64,000 bases of DNA from Cyanophora paradoxa CCMP329 (lineage: Eukaryota > Plantae > Glaucophyta), in assembly GCA_004431415.1 (NCBI GenBank), contig QPMI01000542.1, forward strand, positions 62,001 to 126,000. Direction: 5' to 3'. The notes below the pieces were generated by a model. It was not told where the DNA came from and did no database searches. It was given only the letters and a program-made list of their open reading frames with translations. The translations under genes were made by a program, and so were the position numbers. Below are positions 59,342 through 64,000 of this stretch, one piece after another (within the stretch, counting starts at the first letter, position 1; each line of letters opens with the position of its first letter).

Positions 59342-61632
59342 CTACCCGTAGAAAATCCGGGTGCGAAGGAGGGTGGCCTTCAGTTCTCTACGGCTGTCGT
59401 CGTCAAGCGCAGCGGCCGCCTTATCCGTGATTACAAGCCGCCGGAGATGCTTCAGGGAGGAGACGGCGACGAGTCCGCTCGCAGAGCCGAGGGGGAGCGG
59501 CGACTGGACGGTGAGCGTCTGGAGGGATGGCACATCGGACGCAAGACGCTGCACATGCAGCAGAGGATCAGAGGCCACCTGCCACGTGCACAAGCAGATC
59601 GATCAATCAGTCAATATATATTAGCTCACCTTCAGGATAGCGCCCGGGAGTACAAGTTCTGTGCCGCGATCGTTGCCAGTACCTTTACAATGCAGGGTGA
59701 GGGTCTTGAGACGCGTCCACTGCTTCAATGAGAGTTCGCTGAAGGCTACGAGAGTTCCAGGCTGTACGCCGAGAAAGAGATTCTGCTGAGAGAGTAAAGG
59801 GTGTGGCGAAAGCTGAGAGGGTGGAGGGCCAGGCCCTCACCGTGAGGGTGGGAAGGTTCGAAACTGCAGCAGCAAAAGATGTCAATCCGGCTTCGCTGCG
59901 ATCATAGTAATTGAGAACAGCTGCCCGCAGGCTGCCAGCAAAGGACAGCAGCGACGACACGTCTGCCGGGCCTCTCATGGACATATTCAGGCAGATGTAC
60001 TCGAGCTGCCGCATGCCGCTGAGGAAGCTGGTGTGCTTGTGCCATAATTGGACAGCGTACGCTGCGCATGCCGATCGCCAGAGAGACTGTGAGTTTAGAT
60101 GCGCGCAAGCATCGTCAACATAAATCAATTTTCTTACCGCGCAGAGAAGAGAGGCTGGAGAGCGGCTGCAGGTCCGCTTCGGAAGCTTTGGCCAGGATCT
60201 CGAAACCACACCAGTACTGTTGTAAAATTCTGTTGTTGAAGTTGTGGATTGCAGTATTGGCGGGTTATTTATAGATGCCCCTTCTATCCAGCATAATATT
60301 GTTTTACACGTAACCGAGGGCCGCGGGCCAGAGACTCTGTTGTTTTTTCCTGTTATCGTTTTTTATCTATAAGACTATATCGAAAGATCTAGAAGATTAT
60401 ATTGTGAGTTTGGACTCACCTAGTTCGAGTTGCTCCAGCTGCAGGAAACCAGCGATCGAAGAGCAGACGGGAAGGAGAGGGCCATCAATAATGACGCCGC
60501 AACTCAGCCGCTTCAGCGTGCGGGCCAGCGGTGCGAGGGCCTGAAGAGTCTCAAGGGTCATCGGCAGGCTGTAGAATTGCGTCAGTCAGAAGTACGGATA
60601 CGGGAGTCCGGTTTGCGCATGCTCGGCCCACTTGTTGATTTCCAGAGCTTGCAGTGGAAGCGACGCTAAAGCTTGCAATGAGCCCTGCACAAACGTCCCC
60701 GTCACCCGCCGCGCATTCTGCTGAAGCCAATCGTCTGATTCTCCTTTCAGGAGCAGCTACAAGAGCAGTTAAAAACCAGGAAAATAGAAAATAGAGGATA
60801 GAGATAAATAAATGATTACCTGCTCAAGATTAGAAAAATGATGAAGCGCAGGAAGTATGCCCGGGGGATGTCGCCTTCAAACATGATGCTGAGCTGCGTG
60901 AGCTGCATTCCAAAAGCTTCAAACAGCTTCTTGAACGAATGACTGCTGAGCTCGCCGTTCGCCAGAAAAAGAGAGCGCAGAGCTTCCCGTTGCTTCTCTG
61001 GCTGATCGAGGAGCGCTTGAACAGCTTTGTCACTGGCTGGCTGGATGCGAATGCGCTGCCAGAGGCTGGGCTGCTGAGCGAGGTGGCGGAAGCGGCGGGA
61101 GACGTGGCTGAGCTGCACGAGCTTGTCGAGATACTGATCGGTGCAGCGGCGGGAATCAGAGTAATCTCCGATTGACCCGATCTCGATGAAGATCCACTCC
61201 GACGCCTGGCCGATGATGCGCGTGACGAGGTCGTCTGGCAGCGCATCGAACGGGCTGCCGCCGGCCGCCATCGCCGCCGCCACGCGCGAAAGCGCCACCG
61301 CGGAGGCTGCGGATCGGGAAGAGATGTCAGAGGTTCAGGTTCGTCTTGCGAGAGAACTCGGATAAGCGCGAGCAGGCCTAAGCGGCCGCGGCCGCGGCAG
61401 CCGAGACTTCGAAATTCGAATGCGCACCCTGCAGCGCTAGCTGGCCGGCCGCGGCCGACGCTGTGGCCGCGCTCGACGAAGACGAGTCCGCAGAGACGGT
61501 ACCGCCTCCTGCTCACGCAAGTCAGCGAAGGGCCACGCGGAGCTCGAAACGCGGCGGCGTGGCTCAAGCTCGCTGACCTGCCGCCGGCGCATCTCCCGCC
61601 CTCGCCCGCTTCGCCGCCCGCTCGCGTGCCAT
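59342..61632 (-). CDS. F-box / LRR-like protein, copy F
   Basis: Near-identical to copies D and E. Confidence 0.78.
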
Positions 61633-62354
61633 CTGCCCCGAGAGCACTCCAGGTACGCACGAAAGCGTGGCCTGCGATGGTCGTCAGCGGCGCGCGGCAG
61701 TCGAGCGGGCGAGTCGGACGTTGCCAAAACAGCACACCTTCACCAAGCGAGCGCCTACTCGCACTCGCGTCGCGGCGCTCCCTCCGGGTAGCACGGTTGT
61801 GGCGGGACCAAGCTGGTCGTACGGGTACAGTGCCGAAGCGGACTGCGCAAGGGATCCCAGGATTCCCAGCTTCTCCTCGCGAGTCGCGACTCCCGCCGAA
61901 CATGCGGTGCAGCGAATCTCGATCGGAGCGCAGGCGATCGGCTCAAAACGTGCTCGCGTGGCGAATCGATAGCTGCGGCTCGTGCGGCCCAAGCGCGTTC
62001 TCCTCGCGACATCGGCAGGGGCGGTCCCGGCCGCGGTAGCGGTCGGTGGGAAAAGGGCCTCGCGCTTCGTTCATGATCAGGTCCGGATGCGCGGCGTGCA
62101 GGGCGCCGCTTCCTGCCCTCGCCCACCTTCCCCGCAGACCCGGTGTTGACAGGACCGTCGTCAGGCAACCGCTCGCCAGGGGCGCAGCGGCTGCGAGGGC
62201 CGCCGGTTTCCGATCGGCGGCGCAGCGAGCTGCCAGCGCACCGCGCCGCCCGAGGCCTCCCCGCAGGTTTCACGCACCCGTGGCTCGGCAAGCCTCCCCG
62301 CTCCGGCTCCGCTAGCGAGCCGGCCGTCAGGCAAGCGGCCACCCGCCCGCTCCG

Positions 62355-64000
62355 CCCCAGGGGATCGGTGGGATCTCTCACCGCCCGGGGCCGGGCCGCA
62401 TGCGAGCTTAGGGCGCGGCGACGTAGCGCCCGGCTGGGGCCAGCGGCCGCTCGGACCACGGCGGTGGAGGCGAGGGGCGATGGCCGCGCGCGGGCCGACC
62501 CCGCCCCGGGCTCGTCCTCTCTGCACCGCGGCCGCGGTACCCGACCCGCCAGCGCGGCTCCTCCTCTGCCCCGCCGCGGCGCGGCCGCGGGACCCGACCC
62601 ACCAGCTCCACGCCGGCGCCCCTCGCAGCCGCCCCTCGCGCCCTGCTCTGCCCCCGCTGAAGGCTGTGCTGCTTCATGACCCCGCCCCCCCATGCCCTTG
62701 GCGGCCCCCCGTCCGCCGGCCGGCCCTTCCGGGCTGGGCCCCTCCTCCCTTACCCCCCCCTCATCCTATCCTCGTACCCCCGCTCTCCGCCCGCCCTCCA
62801 CGCCCGGCCCTCTGGCGCCCCCGCTGACCTCTTCCTCCCCTCGCAGGGTCGCTGGTGGGGCGGAGCCCGAGCAGCTGTACCCCACCCTCCTCCCGAACTC
62901 GGAGGACCCCGGCATCAGCGGCCCGGCGGTTCCGCGCCCGCGTTCCCTTTGTGCCAGGCGCCAAGGCGTATCCCACCCAGGACTTCTCGTACCCCCTACC
63001 TACCCACCTCCAGCATCCCTTCTTCCCCCCCCCCCCCTCCAGCTCGGTCGCGGTCAGGCGAGAGGCGAAGGTCGCGCAAGCTCCTTCTCCCGGGCCGGGC
63101 CCCTCCGGCCCCTCCCCTTGCGCGAAGGCGGAAAGCCCATGTATCCCCCCATCACTTCCCCGTCCCGCCGCCACCCTTTTTTAAGCTGCGCGAGGATGGT
63201 GCGCTCCCCGCTCTCCGCTACCCGCCCCCGCCCCCCTCCCCCCACCCCCCACCCCTTCCTAATCTCATCTAAGCTGACCCCCAAATCTGACCCCTCTTTG
63301 CGCGCCCCCAGTTCTTCTCTGACCTCTCTTTCCCCTCGCAGAGGATCGCCGGTCCCCGGAAAGCTGTACCCCGGCATAAACGGCTCCGAGCGGCGTACGT
63401 ACACCCCTGCGCTCGATCTTGTCGGAGGGCGCCAGCGCCGGCGCCGGCCGCGCGCTGGCGTGGCCAGGGGGCGTCGGTGTACCCCCCCCCCTAGTGCCCT
63501 CGCCCGAACTCTCGAACGCACCACTCTGCATGAAGGCGGTGCGTACCCCTCCCCTCCACCATCCCCCCCCCCCGCTCCCTGCCCTCGTACCCCCGCTCTG
63601 CGCCCGCCTTCTACCCCGGCCCTCCGCTGATCTTCCTCCCCTTGCAGGGTCGCCAGTCCGCTGCGGCGGAGCTCGAGCAGCTGTACCCCCACCGTCCTCC
63701 CGACCTCGGAGGACCCCGGCATCAGCAGCTCCGCGAGGCGTACCCCAGGCCCCGGGTGCCAGGTGCCGGCGTACCCCCCACCCCACCCCAACGGCTTGGC
63801 GGCCCCCGTCCCCCTCCCGGCCCCTCCCGGGCTGGGTCCCTCCTCCCTTACCCCTCTCCCCCCCCCCTCTCATCCTATCCTCGTACCCCCGCTCTCCACC
63901 CGCCCTCTACTCCCCGCCCTCCGGCGCCTCCGCTGACCTCTTCCTCCCCTCGCAGGGTCGCTGGTGGGGCGGAGCCCGAGCAGCTGTACCCGTACCGTCC
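62355..64000 (+). CDS. Proline-rich partner gene, 3'-truncated by the window end
   Basis: Near-identical to the preceding copies. Confidence 0.4.

Larger units (their letters stand above)
47525..64000. repeat. Near-identical ~5.86 kb tandem segmental array (F-box gene + partner gene), at least 2.8 units, running off the window
   Basis: F-box stop codons at 47622, 53474 and 59342 (periods 5852 and 5868). Copies differ mainly in homopolymer length. Confidence 0.95.

Noticed and set aside
1-64000. tRNA or rRNA genes
   Set aside because: None recognisable by eye; tRNAscan-SE or Infernal would be needed to exclude them.

Overview
GC-rich, intron-dense eukaryotic genomic DNA from a probably flagellated protist or alga (short introns, several GC-AG). 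The sequence appears to carry long-read homopolymer indel errors. Host genes in 1-35 kb: two GNAT acetyltransferase paralogs, an unknown gene ending ...RRKKKKGQ, a TLC-domain membrane protein, a calmodulin-like protein, an ACSF3/MatB-type malonyl-CoA synthetase, a MIF/tautomerase, a WDPCP/Fritz homolog, an atypical bZIP factor, and an expanding F-box/LRR-like family. That family sits head-to-head with a proline-rich partner gene and forms a ~5.86 kb tandem array running to the window end. The main feature is a complete, lower-GC, intronless 11,511 bp endogenous Polinton-like virus at 36008-47518. It has 433 bp apparently identical terminal inverted repeats and a 6 bp GCTAGC target-site duplication, and empty target sites survive in the neighbouring array copies. 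It encodes protein-primed PolB (terminal protein/vOTU/endonuclease VII architecture), a minimal rve integrase with a D-D-D triad, an AT-hook protein, an HNH-AP2 endonuclease, an A32 packaging ATPase, major and minor capsid proteins and orphan ORFs. It also carries a cassette of three families of short repeats, and I find no maturation protease. All calls come from motif recognition by eye; no database searches were run.
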